DNA of 63,894 nucleotides, counting the filler, from Choristocarpus tenellus KU-1152 (lineage: Eukaryota; Protista; Phaeophyceae), in assembly GCA_964200185.2 (NCBI GenBank). It is 9 parts of 9 records of this genome, joined end to end, with 100 filler letters (N's around TTAATTAATTAA, not from the genome) between each part and the next. Parts side by side here need not be neighbours in the genome. Positions count along the whole stretch, not along the records: positions 31,055 to 41,427 come from CAXNAD020002967.1; positions 41,528 to 45,239 come from CAXNAD020018359.1; positions 45,340 to 53,606 come from CAXNAD020004917.1; 6 more parts are not named here. One strand, written 5' to 3'. The stretch's first letter is position 1. Every line of letters starts with the position of its first letter. The position numbers were made by a program, and so were the translations under genes. The notes below the pieces were generated by a model, which saw nothing but the letters and a program-made list of their open reading frames with translations, did no database searches and was not told the DNA's origin. Positions 36,592 to 48,501 of this stretch are shown here, piece after piece.

Positions 36592-36852
36592 GAGCCAAAA
36601 TATCTTAGAGGGTAGAGCCACGTCCATATGGGGTCAAAATCCAATGTTGCAATTTTGATGTAATTTTGGCTATTATTGTGTTTGTTAGGAAGTGTCAATA
36701 TCCATGTTTCAGACACACCCTTACATAACGTACACATTTTACCTACTCCAAAACATTTTGAAGTAGGAAAATGTCATAAAATATCCCATGGGAAGTCAAG
36801 CCCCAAATGGACAAACAGGGCAAAACTCGTACCCTCTAAGATACTTTCACTC
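36592..36852. mobile_element. MITE family B, full length (opposite orientation to 18837)
   Basis: GAGCCAAAATATCTTAGAGGGTA...TACCCTCTAAGATACTTTCACTC. Confidence 0.92.
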
Positions 36853-37899
36853 ATTGATTAAACACCAGTTGCATAAATTGGTCGCACTGGTTGATGACCG
36901 CACTGGGTGATGGCCCCATTGTTTTGGTGACTGGAAACCAGTGGCGAAAATTGACCGCACTGGATAGTAAGTGGTTAAGCGGAACGTGCCTGTAGAGTTG
37001 GTGTGGTAAGGAATGAGCGGTGTGACATTTACGGGGGGTGGGAGAGGATACTAGCCTAAGAAGAGGGTTATTTGAGCAAGAATTCGAGAGGAAAGCAAAC
37101 CTGATACAAGCTTTCCTTTTACTGCTCACTCACGCCACGCGCGATCGCACGATAACTATCTACCTCTTTTTGAAAAACACAAAACGGTCAACAAAGCAAT
37201 CATTGTTATTTGCTTTTTATACTTTTGTCCTCTGAAGTCTCAAGGTACCCTTTCCCCCTTCATTCGAGTATAATTGTATGGGGGCTTGGGTGGCGGAGGA
37301 TTACTCTGGTGCTAATGTCGGCATGCTTACAAGATGGGAAGGTGGGACGACAGCCTTCAACAACATGGCTTCCATCACGAACGCTCCAACAGGGTGCGAG
37401 TTCGTCGATGTCGCAGCAGAAATCTTTGCACTGTGAGTATATTCAATATCAATCGCAGATGAATATCCTGTCTTAGTATTGGCTAAAGTCACCAGTCACT
37501 GCAGCTCTGTTCTCTGTTGTCGTACCTCTGATTATAATTGCCGCCTGTGCCTCGTGCAAGTTGAGAAGTGGGTTCTGACAAACCGTTGATTGACTTAAAA
37601 CTTCTAGTTGGACAAAAGGCGATTGTTTCGTAGATGTCACTCAAATGGTGGATTTGAACCGATAATCTCTCCCCAGGCAGAGGGATGAAGTGGTGTGGGA
37701 GGGGAGGGACGTGTCTTGTCGAGTTCATGAGAGGCAGGGGTTTTCTCGAACACAATTCACATCTCATTACAGGATCAATTCCGTACTATGTGTGGGCTAA
37801 GGGTGAGATAGTGCATACCAGATCGAGTATTTCGTCTTTCGTAGGGTCTTCTTTACGATGGTTGTTGATACACCGCTGAACTAATGATCTGTTGCCTCC

Positions 37900-38450
37900 C
37901 CTGGAGGAAAAAAGACCTCGGCAGCACCTTGATTACCGGTCAACTGTAGACCCCCATCATGTGCACTGGGGCACCTTCGTTTACTCTTCCAAGGTTATCG
38001 TTTTGCTTCAAACTCGCCATAGGCAAACGATTTTATAGAGAGATTTGTACTCTGCACGACCAATTGTGAATTTATACCTTGTATGAAGGTGATCCCATAG
38101 GGCATTGGTAGACCTTCCTACCAACAAGAATATCGTGCGGGAAGAACAACTGCACCATTCGAGGGTAAGAAGGTACGGTTATGTTTGCAGTTTGAAGTGG
38201 TCCATTATTAGGGGTCAAACGTTCACGAGCTGCTACACGAACATGACAAGCAGAGTTGAAATACGTATGAAGTAGCTTTGGGGGAGTTGTATCTGAGTTG
38301 ACTTTGGTCCTATTGTAGGCCACTGCTTGCATGAGCTTTGCGTCCTTGAGATTCCTGCCTGCATGGACTGGTTCTTTCTTGTGGTATGACTGGGTGGTAT
38401 CTTGTCCATTCTTGTACACTATCGAGAAAGTGTCAAGGGACAATGCCCAC
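37900..38450 (-). mobile_element. Ty3/gypsy integrase C-terminal relic
   Basis: AGRNLKDAKLMQAVAYNR...RERLTPNNGPLQ resembles the region upstream of and including the GPY/F motif. Frameshifts and stops present. Confidence 0.5.
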
Positions 38451-38911
38451 TTCCCTCATGTGCCCCCATGTGCAGAGCTAGCAAAAATATTAGTTCTGAT
38501 TCATTTTGGGGCAAAAAAACTATCATGAGTGAAGTTGAATAACATGATTCAACCACCCACGCCTGTAGTCAGATGCGATGTCAAGTTAAGACGGTTACTT
38601 GTAGATCATGATCTACTCCTGTCATTGAATTAGGTTACTTGAACATAAAACGATCTACATACTTTTTGTTAGATGTGCTACGATATGTCATTCAACTGCT
38701 CTCTGTGTCGTTGCATTGTCTACTGTTGCTTCCAAGCTTCTTAGGACATTGATGCTCCTTGTCTTCTGGTGACTGCAATGATAGTGCAGCCATAACTGCT
38801 CACATATTACCCTTTGCCAGTCTCCTTCCACCCTCTCCCCCCTCCCCTCTGGTTAATTCAAAATGAACTTGTTTGAGACCTGATCTCATGAAAATCACTC
38901 GCTGTCAATCA

Positions 38912-39021
38912 AGCAAGCAAAACTCTTCAGACATATAGACCTCATTTTGATTGCACTGCTCTGGAGCAAGCAAAACTCTTCAGAGATATAGACCTCATTT
39001 TGATTACACTGCTCTGGAGCA
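38912..39021. repeat. 53-bp tandem duplication (2 mismatches)
   Basis: AGCAAGCAAAACTCTTCAGA(C/G)ATATAGACCTCATTTTGATT(G/A)CACTGCTCTGG x2. Confidence 0.9.
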
Positions 39022-39365
39022 CAGAGCTGTGTGTTAGTGCCACTGCATCCCTTCAATATACAATAATATTGACAACTTAGTGCAATTGCAAGCATTGAAT
39101 GTATGTGACTCCGGAAAGAAGTCGTTAACCACCTTGATACGGCACTATCGGTGTTGAAGTACGATTTTCGTCATGGTTCACCTTTTGATTATTCCTTTTT
39201 TTATTCTTAGTATAGATCGCCCTCAATGTTCCAGAAGAGAGGCAGATAGACAGAGAGATTGCCATTAATATTCTGAATAGCTACATTTGCAGTTACTCAC
39301 GGGTGCACGACGATTAGGAAACTGTCATCTGAGGAGAGTCTGCTCTTCCCCTTGGTAGAGTACAG

Positions 39366-39745
39366 TGCGTTTCACTGGGTCGGCAAATCAAAATGGTCCT
39401 GTCAGCCAGCTAACACCGGCGCAACAACTATTTGACATGTCCTGGTCCATGTCCACTAGCTATTGGATTGGTCCATGTCTGCCAGTTGGACTGGCTCTAC
39501 TATCCTTCAACATGTCCAAACCATGTCTGCTGGGTATTGTACTGGTCCAAATCCGCCGGCTGGGCCGGTTCTAAGATCCTCGAACAAGTCTGGACTATGT
39601 TCAAGGGGTATGGTACTGGTCCGTGTCCTCCTGTAGTGCAGGGTCTATCATTCTCTGACATGTCTGGACCATGTCCAACGGTCAGTCCTTAGCTTTTTTC
39701 TGGCAGGTCCAGACTATGTCCGCGCTTCCTGTTGTACTAGTCCAA
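39366..39745. repeat. Block rich in short CATGTC(C/T)/GGTCC motifs; possible TE subterminal region
   Basis: Many copies of CATGTCC/CATGTCT/GGTCCA/GACTATGT after CACTGGGTCGG. Confidence 0.45.
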
Positions 39746-41126
39746 TTGTTGGGTTCATGCGTCTGTCCATTCGTGTGGAGATGTGGAACGTGCGGAAAAT
39801 GTTGAAGATTATTATTTTTTTGTGCAATCTATTTCTTTCTAATAAATTTCTGCGATCTTTCTTGGATTGGAATGATGAAGAAAAGTTTTCTGTGTATGCT
39901 TATACATGTGCAATGAGAGAACGTCAGGGGGGGGGGGCGGGGTGGGGGGGAGGGGGGCATGTAATGACACACGCCGAAAACTATTTCAATATATATTTTT
40001 TCTGTTGTTTACATATTTTGACGGTTGCCTTAATTTTCGTTTAAAAAAAAATGGTCAAAAACAGTACGTAGAAAAAATGTAAAAAAAATAAATATATATA
40101 TATATATCTATATCTATATATGTATCTGCGGCGTATAAATAGAAAGCAACCTAATATATCATACCACATGTTTGTTATTTTAGAATTTCATATTTACATC
40201 GGGAAGTATAGGGTACGAGATGCTAGGAGAGTGAATCAATCGTGCACGGAGAGCCTCGGCCATGGTGTTTCCAGCCCGAGCGTCTAAAAGTATATTACCT
40301 GGCCGGCCATATATAACATGTTCTAACATGGCTGAGTCCATGGCTGTCACTACTTCGACACGAGTGGGGCCATGGGCCCGGCCATGTTACAACCCGGGTC
40401 ACTACTCAACATGACTGGGGCTGTTGACCAGTCCTGTGCGATCAAGTTCGAGCATATGGCCGAGTCCATGATCATTGACTGTTTCAAACACGACTGGGTC
40501 GCAGGCCACGGCGGACTTGCTAGCTCCCCGGGCCTGAAGTGCCCCTGTAAGATAGTACGGTGTCGAGTTACCTCAGAAAAAGAGACCTTGCCATCAGCTG
40601 ATGCTCTCTGCATCACCTTGCAGTAGCTTTGGCCGTCGCCGCTTCACTGGCAGTTAGTTACACCCCAGTACTCCCGTACCCTCTGATGTATCGTGAATAT
40701 ATATATATATTTTGGTAAGTATCATGTGGACCAAAAAAACAAACAAACAAACAAATCCTTTTTTTGATGCATTTGATTTTTTTTTCTTGTTTTTTGATTG
40801 AACGGTGAGCAAAAACGCACGAGATATGAGGTGCGGCGCTCGAAGCTACGAGCTTGTGCATCGAGTTGAAGAAAACAGAGCCTTCAATAAATTTTATTTT
40901 ATTTTGCTTGATTGAACGGTGAGTGCCCCGAAGTCAAGGAGGCAATCCCTTGCCCATCGACAAACTGTGAGATTCATTTAAAGAACAAGAAGAACAAGCG
41001 TAGGCTATTACTCTTTGCTCAATCACTCAAGCCTTGCAACCCTGTTGTCTACTGCAACAGACGACCATAGTCAAGAGTGCACATGCAACAGCAGTAGTGT
41101 AGGTGGATGTTTTCTCGATGTCTACT

Positions 41127-41129
<3 letters not shown>

Positions 41130-41168
<39 letters not shown>
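41130..41168. repeat. (CT)n microsatellite; other SSRs include (CA)n near 1178, 12183, 22416, 29719 and (ATA)n near 23188
   Basis: Direct inspection. Confidence 0.9.
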
Positions 41169-41175
<7 letters not shown>

Positions 41176-41427
41176 ATTTTTTTTTTGGACACAAAAAAAG
41201 TTCCCAAGAAAAGCCTGTCCAATGAAGAGAAATGCTTTCACACAAAGCGATTGCGTTCTGTTGCTCGATATATATATACATTTTTTTTTGTGTCCAGTTT
41301 ACAAGTCCCATTGCGCGCTCTCTTTCACCATCCTAACCCTAATTTTTTTTTTTGCTTAAAAAAAAACTGATGATGATGAACGGGTCGTAATCGACATCTG
41401 TATCGACGACTCCTTTACCCCCCCCCC

Positions 41428-41527
41428 NNNNNNNNNNNNNNNNNNNNNNNNNNNNNNNNNNNNNNNNNNNNTTAATTAATTAANNNNNNNNNNNNNNNNN
41501 NNNNNNNNNNNNNNNNNNNNNNNNNNN
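41428..41527. other. Artificial contig linker
   Basis: N44-TTAATTAATTAA-N44. Confidence 0.98.
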
Positions 41528-44500
41528 CCCCCCAGATACTTTTAGCCCAAACAAGCTACGGACAACCCAGCTTGAGATACACTACCCACACAACCAAGCT
41601 TACTAACAACCACTGCATACCCACTTCAAATCTCACCTCACAAAAATATTAAATATTTTCCTCTCACAATTTATATCGCCAGCTCTAACATTAAGTCTCA
41701 TTTCCCTCTACCTTGTCAGCCTCTTTGAAAGACTCGACTCTTACCACCCCCACTGTCTGCAACAAAAAGAAGAGATACCAACATTAAACTATACTGTGGA
41801 ATCTCACTCCCATTCAAGAAAGCAAAACAAACACCAATTCCCTGGAGATATAGAAATAAGGCCCCCTTTCCCTCCTCCCCCTATCATTGTGAAGAAAATG
41901 GTCAAATAACACCAGGATAAAATAATGTCCATGGCCATGACAACAGACCCTTGAAATTTTTCTCCCAGCAAGAAAAAGCTGCTGGGATAAGAGAGGTTGG
42001 GGGACTCAAGATAGATATGACTACCAACCTTCAAAGGCGTTGCCTTCTATCACAGACCAAGCCGAAGGGATACCAATCACACTCTTCCCAAATAGCACAC
42101 TCACGCCATGATTCACATGGAAAGGCAAAACCAGTCGCAAAATAAAAAAACCCAGCTGTTCGGAGCAAGTGCAAGCTACACACCCCATGAGGAACATACA
42201 TCACGCCTCTCTCAAACAAAAACCAAACCCTTCCCACTTCCCAACGCAGCAACCAGCCCTCAAACAAGGAACAGGCAGGTCAATAAGAGCCAAATGCAAA
42301 AGAGACAGTCTATAACATACAATAAAAAAATTCTGCAGCAACACCAGACCAACGCACGCACACTCTGAGACATCACACAGCGCATACATGCAAGAATACT
42401 TGCTCATAGAAATACCTATTCTTGTCAACAGAACTTGTTGAGCGTGAGGCATTTTTTTCTTTGCACCTACATCATGCACCCCCCTCCCCCTGGCTCTCTC
42501 TTTGCAATTGGGGAAGCCAGATTAGGAAGGGGATTATTGCTCCAAACTAAATGAAAGCACTGAAAATGTAGCTCCAATGCTTCAGCAAGACATAGATAGC
42601 AATGGTACTAGTGCTATGCTTGTAGATTCTAGGGGGACCATAAAAGCACCAGTCCCTCCTTTGGCTAAATACTCGAGACCTGGGGTGGTAGAGTCACCCA
42701 CCAGGTTGGAGGGTATCTTACATTCAAATCTTTAACCAATCACAACGTCACCTGCTACTGCGTCTGTCCTTCCTCCCTGCCCCCTTCCACCCCTGATAAC
42801 AGAAGGTACACCTACAGAACTTTACCCTAAGAGGAAAGTTGTAGCTTTGCCTTGTCAAATTGAAACAGTCTTCATTTTAGGCAAGGCAGGACACAGCAGC
42901 AAAACACAGACCTCGTTTTCCAGGTGTGAGTCTCTCTCCTACTGACTATGATTTATTTCTTTTCCCACCAAGAGCAATTTCTTAGCCTTTCCCGACTCCC
43001 CCCCATCCCTTTGTCCTCCTCAAGGAGACCGGAGTAAGCCCCACTGAGCAGCCAATAGGAACACCCTTGCATCTTCCCCGAAAAGAGAAAAAGGCAAAAG
43101 ATTTTGCAATCACTCTACACATCAAACCCCATCTGCACATATAACACGGGACTGCTCTCGACTGTCTTGCAGGGATGTAGAGCAAACAAGGTGTGATTCG
43201 GTCAGCAGTGAGGTATCACTCCGAAAATAAACTAGCAAATGAATACTGGTTTTACCTTATACCGTCAACGATAAACCTCATACCATCATACCATCATAAC
43301 CCTCCTGCCCCCCCATATTTAGCGACATTGGCCTCCAATTTCAGAGGAAAATAGGAGGCGTAGCATCCGATTTACACCCCTGCCGTCTTGGTCAGCACAA
43401 TTGACATCACTTACTCCCATACACCGTTCGAATACGAACTGAACAAGAGCTCCTTTTCTTGGTCCCTTGGCGATGATACCCTTGCCCGCTGCCCTGCCCC
43501 AGCCCCTTCGCCGAGATATTACCTCCCCACGCCAGTCCTCTCCACCTCCACCACTCCCCCTCCCCAACATCTTCCATTGTGTCCACTTTCATCACGTCTA
43601 CACTCTCCTTGTGTGGCACACAACTCCTCCACGCAGCTAGTCCACCGAAAGCATCCCTATGGTGGCTCTCTATCACCTCAGGAACGAGTTCACCGCTGTC
43701 TACATCATTATCGGAAGGAAAAGACAGGTGCAAATCAAACGCCACCTCTACACACCTGGCACAGCTCCCTGGACCACCTGTGTGCAGCACGTCAAGATGT
43801 ACAGCCGATTGGGAGCTCAGCATTCATGTGCACTAACGGAACAGCTTCAAACCGTTTCGTTGTAACTGAATCTACTCAATCTACATTCAAATCCTCCTCA
43901 ACGGTACCTTTTCTAAAAACACTCATTAGAGAAAAAATAAATAAATGCTGTGGTATGATATACTTGGACAAGGAAATTTTCTCTGATCCAAAGCTTACAA
44001 TTGGAACACTAGACTAGCTTCTTCTCTTTCAGAAACATACAAACAACTCTGTCTGTGAAGGGCTGGACCCCTCATGGGTTGGGGAGTGGCTGGAAAGTGG
44101 ACGGGAGGAGGGGGCATGTCACAGCTTTTCACACGTGAGAACAGATTCAATACTGGCAACAAGGTGAAGTAAGATGGTAAGGTATACTTTGTGTCAAAGA
44201 TATCCATTGCACACAATAATGGGACAAAAACTTCTACCAAGTGGAAAAGAGGAAATATAGCTCTATGGAGTCCATAGTAGGGTTGTAAGGGCAGAGGAGC
44301 TACTTGGTTTTATACCATATGTATCCGAGAGGGACCCAAAGAGCCGGTCCTGGTGAGCTTTCTATCTTTCCGACATTTTCTTCGCAAGTGTGAGCGCGCG
44401 GGCGATCCTGCGCGCGAGAATGAGAACCAATACTCTAACCTTCAGGTACAGGTGGCTAGAAAGGATTTACTTGGTTTTATACATGTATGGGAGGGACGCA

Positions 44501-45063
44501 AGAGATTGTAAGGGCCTCATGTGTTCTAGATACGCTTGCTATACTGAAGACAAGCAAACAAGTGATTCATAGTAAATTAGTCTGGAGGATTGGAAACCCC
44601 ACACTATAGGAATAGGGCCCTATTGGGGGAATAAATAAGTAAAATTTCAAGATTTTTTTTCCCCACTCTTCCCACAAGTAAAAAGTCAGTTTTACCTACT
44701 GTTCCTGCAAACATATCAGAGGTCCACTGACCAAGTATGTGACATACAGGAAACTGTTCCATCTGCCATTAAACTGCTGTCCCCCAGGACAGCGACTACA
44801 TCTCAGGCACTGAGTTGGGGGTATAATTGTCTTTATCACCCATTGGCAACAGATTGTTCCAGAACGTTAAAAGCGACGAAATGTCATTGCAAAAAAAACA
44901 CACACAAGAGACCACATATGATGTTACTGTTTGTTTAAAACATCATATTTTTTTTTCCTGAAGAGAAAGGCCCTGAAGGTTAGGGCTACTTTTACAAATA
45001 CCGTCGCATTAATGGTATCACCCTTCTGTTTTTAAGCAATACTGTTACTACTAATACACAAAT

Positions 45064-45239
45064 GACCCAAAGTATCTGGGGGCGGGGGGGTCTACACCAG
45101 AGTGTCCTGTCGGACCAAAACCAGGAAAAGTGCACTTTCATTATCCACCCAATGAATGGAACCAAATAACACAAAAATTGTGACATAAAAAAATTGGCCC
45201 CAAATGGACAGCTGCCACCCCCCCCCCCCCCGATAATTT
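45064..45239. mobile_element. MITE family A running into the contig end
   Basis: GACCCAAAGTATCTGGGGG...CCCCAAATGGACAGCTGCCA(C)n. Confidence 0.9.
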
Positions 45240-45339
45240 NNNNNNNNNNNNNNNNNNNNNNNNNNNNNNNNNNNNNNNNNNNNTTAATTAATTAANNNNN
45301 NNNNNNNNNNNNNNNNNNNNNNNNNNNNNNNNNNNNNNN
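45240..45339. other. Artificial contig linker
   Basis: N44-TTAATTAATTAA-N44. Confidence 0.98.
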
Positions 45340-46432
45340 GGGGCTTGAACAATGTAAAAACGCAAAAAAAAAAAATGAACGGGGCCCACTACACAGACAA
45401 AAAAAATTCCCCACAACACCACTGAAAAAATAAAAAACAATAAAAAAAAACAATCACACCACTTGGACTACTCTCTTCTTTCACCTCACAGCAATAGAGC
45501 GTTCGTTCTGCTTATGATACCTTGTTGATACCAGTACAACACGACAAAAGCTGATCATCCGATTTATCCGATTTATCCGATTTTTTTCGATTTTTTCGAT
45601 TTTTTCGATCGAAAAAACTATCCGTAAAAAACTCAAAGCAGAAACCTTCTGAATATATTAGTTCTTATAAACACTTTCTCCCTTTCACGCGCCCTCAAAA
45701 CTTTCCTCCAAAGAGCTAGCTAGGCCTCTCCTCACAGTTACGTCTCAAACACCCAACGCTTCAAGCGGCTCCTCTCAAGCACTGAACACACCCTTCAATT
45801 CCACCAAAAGTCCGTCGACGCCTTCGGAGTCTGCACTTCTCCACAGTACTCAGAAACCAAGACGAACTCAGCCATTGTTATCGTGCGCTTTTACTGGCGA
45901 ATAGAGTTAGGGTTATCAGAGGGGGGGGGTTATCGGTCGGTTTCATCAACAAGGCTATTGTTTACTTACACGTCAAGAATCACACCGCTGCCGAAAGGCG
46001 CCTTCCTAAACATCATACAAAACTTCGTATACAAGCGGGACAGACGAACAAATGCTCCTACCTCCAATCTTGACTCACAGGAAGTAATTCTTATTCTTAC
46101 ACTTTCATATGTAATGAACAGGACTCAAAATATACAAACCATACACATGAGTGTGTAGGTGTGTGTATATGTCTGTAAGCGTGTATGTGTGTCAAAATTG
46201 TTCTTTATTCGCATTCGAAAGTAGTCGAAAATATCAGAAAACAACTCATGCCGCATATGCAGCAAGTGCAGGACATTGCTCATGAAATAACAACAAAATC
46301 GAAAATTTCTTACGTGTTGAATTATACATCGGCAGCGCAGGAACTAAACAGAAAAGTGACTGCCACAGCCACAACCTACCCAACACAATGGTGGTTCAGT
46401 CAAACCGATAATCATCATAATCATTATGATAT

Positions 46433-46745
46433 AATCATAACAATATACTACTATCATTACTACTACAATCATAACAATATACTACAATCATTACTACTAT
46501 AATCATAACAATATACTACAATCATTACCAATACAATCATAACAATATACTACAATCATTACTACTATAATCATAACAATATACTACAATCATTACAAAT
46601 ACAATCATAACAATATACTACTATCATTACTACTATAATCATAACAACATACTACAATCATTACTAATACAATCATTACCAATACAATCATAACAATACA
46701 CTACTATCATTACTACTATAATCATAACAATATACTACAATCACT
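46433..46745. repeat. AT-rich minisatellite, ~34-bp unit, ~9 copies
   Basis: AATCATAACAATATACTAC(A/T)ATCATTACTACTA(C/T) repeated head-to-tail. Confidence 0.9.
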
Positions 46746-48501
46746 ATCATAATAATCGTTACGACTATTAGTGCTATAAATATTACTACTAACTAAAACA
46801 ACAACAAAAAACCTACCATACAAAAATAATAAAATAATCGCGTACCCGCACTACCATCCCCAGTGCATGAACTGACTGCATTTTGTTTCCTTGAAAGAGC
46901 ACCACATATGCCAGAGTACCGTCCCCTATCACCCACCCTTCCACAACACACCGACAATATCGCAGTCAACACAGAGCAAACTCGAGATAGCTTTAAAGCA
47001 TTGAAAGCACAGTTAGTGAGCAGCGTGCACTGAAAGGGGACAAGGTGCCCTTTTCTCCGAGAACACTTAACAAAATACCATTCTTAGGCACAAACTGTGC
47101 CTGATTTCCTCCCTAAACACACAAAACCCACTGAGTACACATTCAAAATACACAAGTCTGCTTGTCCACTGACTCCATGGGTCTGATTTGGCAAAAGAAG
47201 GGCCATCGACAACAACACATAAGCATCAATATGTATCAACAGTCAGTACTAGATTTGTTGATTGACATCACACTTGGACAACTGCAATACACACACACAC
47301 ACACACACCGAACACGAGACCAATCTGTGTGCATGTGTGCAACGTGTAAAATGTGCAAACTTAGATGCCCAGCCCACTACCTCAGTGCCCATTCAGAATA
47401 CCTAAGGATCTACCACAGTGACCTAACCTCAACAAAACAGCACCGATGATCATCTCCAAAGCTCGAGTCCCAATTCGCAACGTAGTGGGTTAAAAACTCA
47501 CACAACAGGATAGATAACCAACGGCTCAATTGTTCAAACAAAGTCCACATCCCCTTTAACAATCGCCGCACCAATAAACAAGTGAAAAATAAAAAAGAGA
47601 TACAGGAAGGATGATGGGGGACCTCGAGGGGCCACAACATCTCCCATAAAAATTACCAATCTGAACATAAAGAATTGCCTCAGAATAGATATGAAAGGGC
47701 CATGAAAAATAGCCCCCTCCCTCTTCTAAGTACTTCCTTCTTTCGCCATCAGTTTCAAACAGTTGATAAATAGTAATTGAACGAAAAGCTGGAAATCTAT
47801 GTCAGTAGGTAAAAGTTCCTCACAAAGTGATCACCTCTTGTAGACTGCGTCAGACTTCACTGAGATTGTAGGGTACCCTCAACATACACTTTCTAGACCC
47901 TAACCCCCTAAGTTGGCATTGGCCCATTCTTACTTCTTCTTCGCCAGGTCGGCCACTCCGTCGACAAAAGCTATACACTATTTACTTACTGTCTTAAAAG
48001 CATAGATACTGCCCTGTAGAGTATGTATGTACGAGAGAGGATTGTATCAACGGGGACACAGCTAAAAAACTAACATCTGATTGGTTCAGTGAACGTAACA
48101 CAACCAAGGGGAGGGTCGATATCTCTCATCTACACAGAATACAAATTTGTTGTGCAGTACAGTTATTTGAACAAAACAAAACAAAATCTTGAAGCTGCGA
48201 ACCACCACCCTGCTATCGCATCATCTATTGCAGGGTCACAGTACAGGAAGCTAGACTACCGTTCTACTTTTGTATGCAGTCCTTTCTCTAAACAGAAGAT
48301 TGAAACCAAAACTCTTCTGCTCTACAGTGGAGAGACCCACGGGACCAGTGTACAATTGCATTCCACCTCTTAAGGGTTATCATCATCACCTCAATCATAA
48401 CACACAACAAAATTAGAAACAAAAGCATTTCAGCGCCATTTAGACAACAAACCCACCCCGCCATTCCCTCATCCACAATCTTCCCACCACACAGATCCCA
48501 C

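Noticed and set aside
43319-44017. Longest ORF (209 aa, +) and overlapping minus-strand ORFs
   Set aside because: Compositionally biased, with no recognisable motif or consistent splice model. It could be a decayed gene or TE, but I cannot support a call.
46433-46745. CRISPR-like array
   Set aside because: Head-to-tail minisatellite with no unique spacers, in a eukaryotic context with no cas genes.
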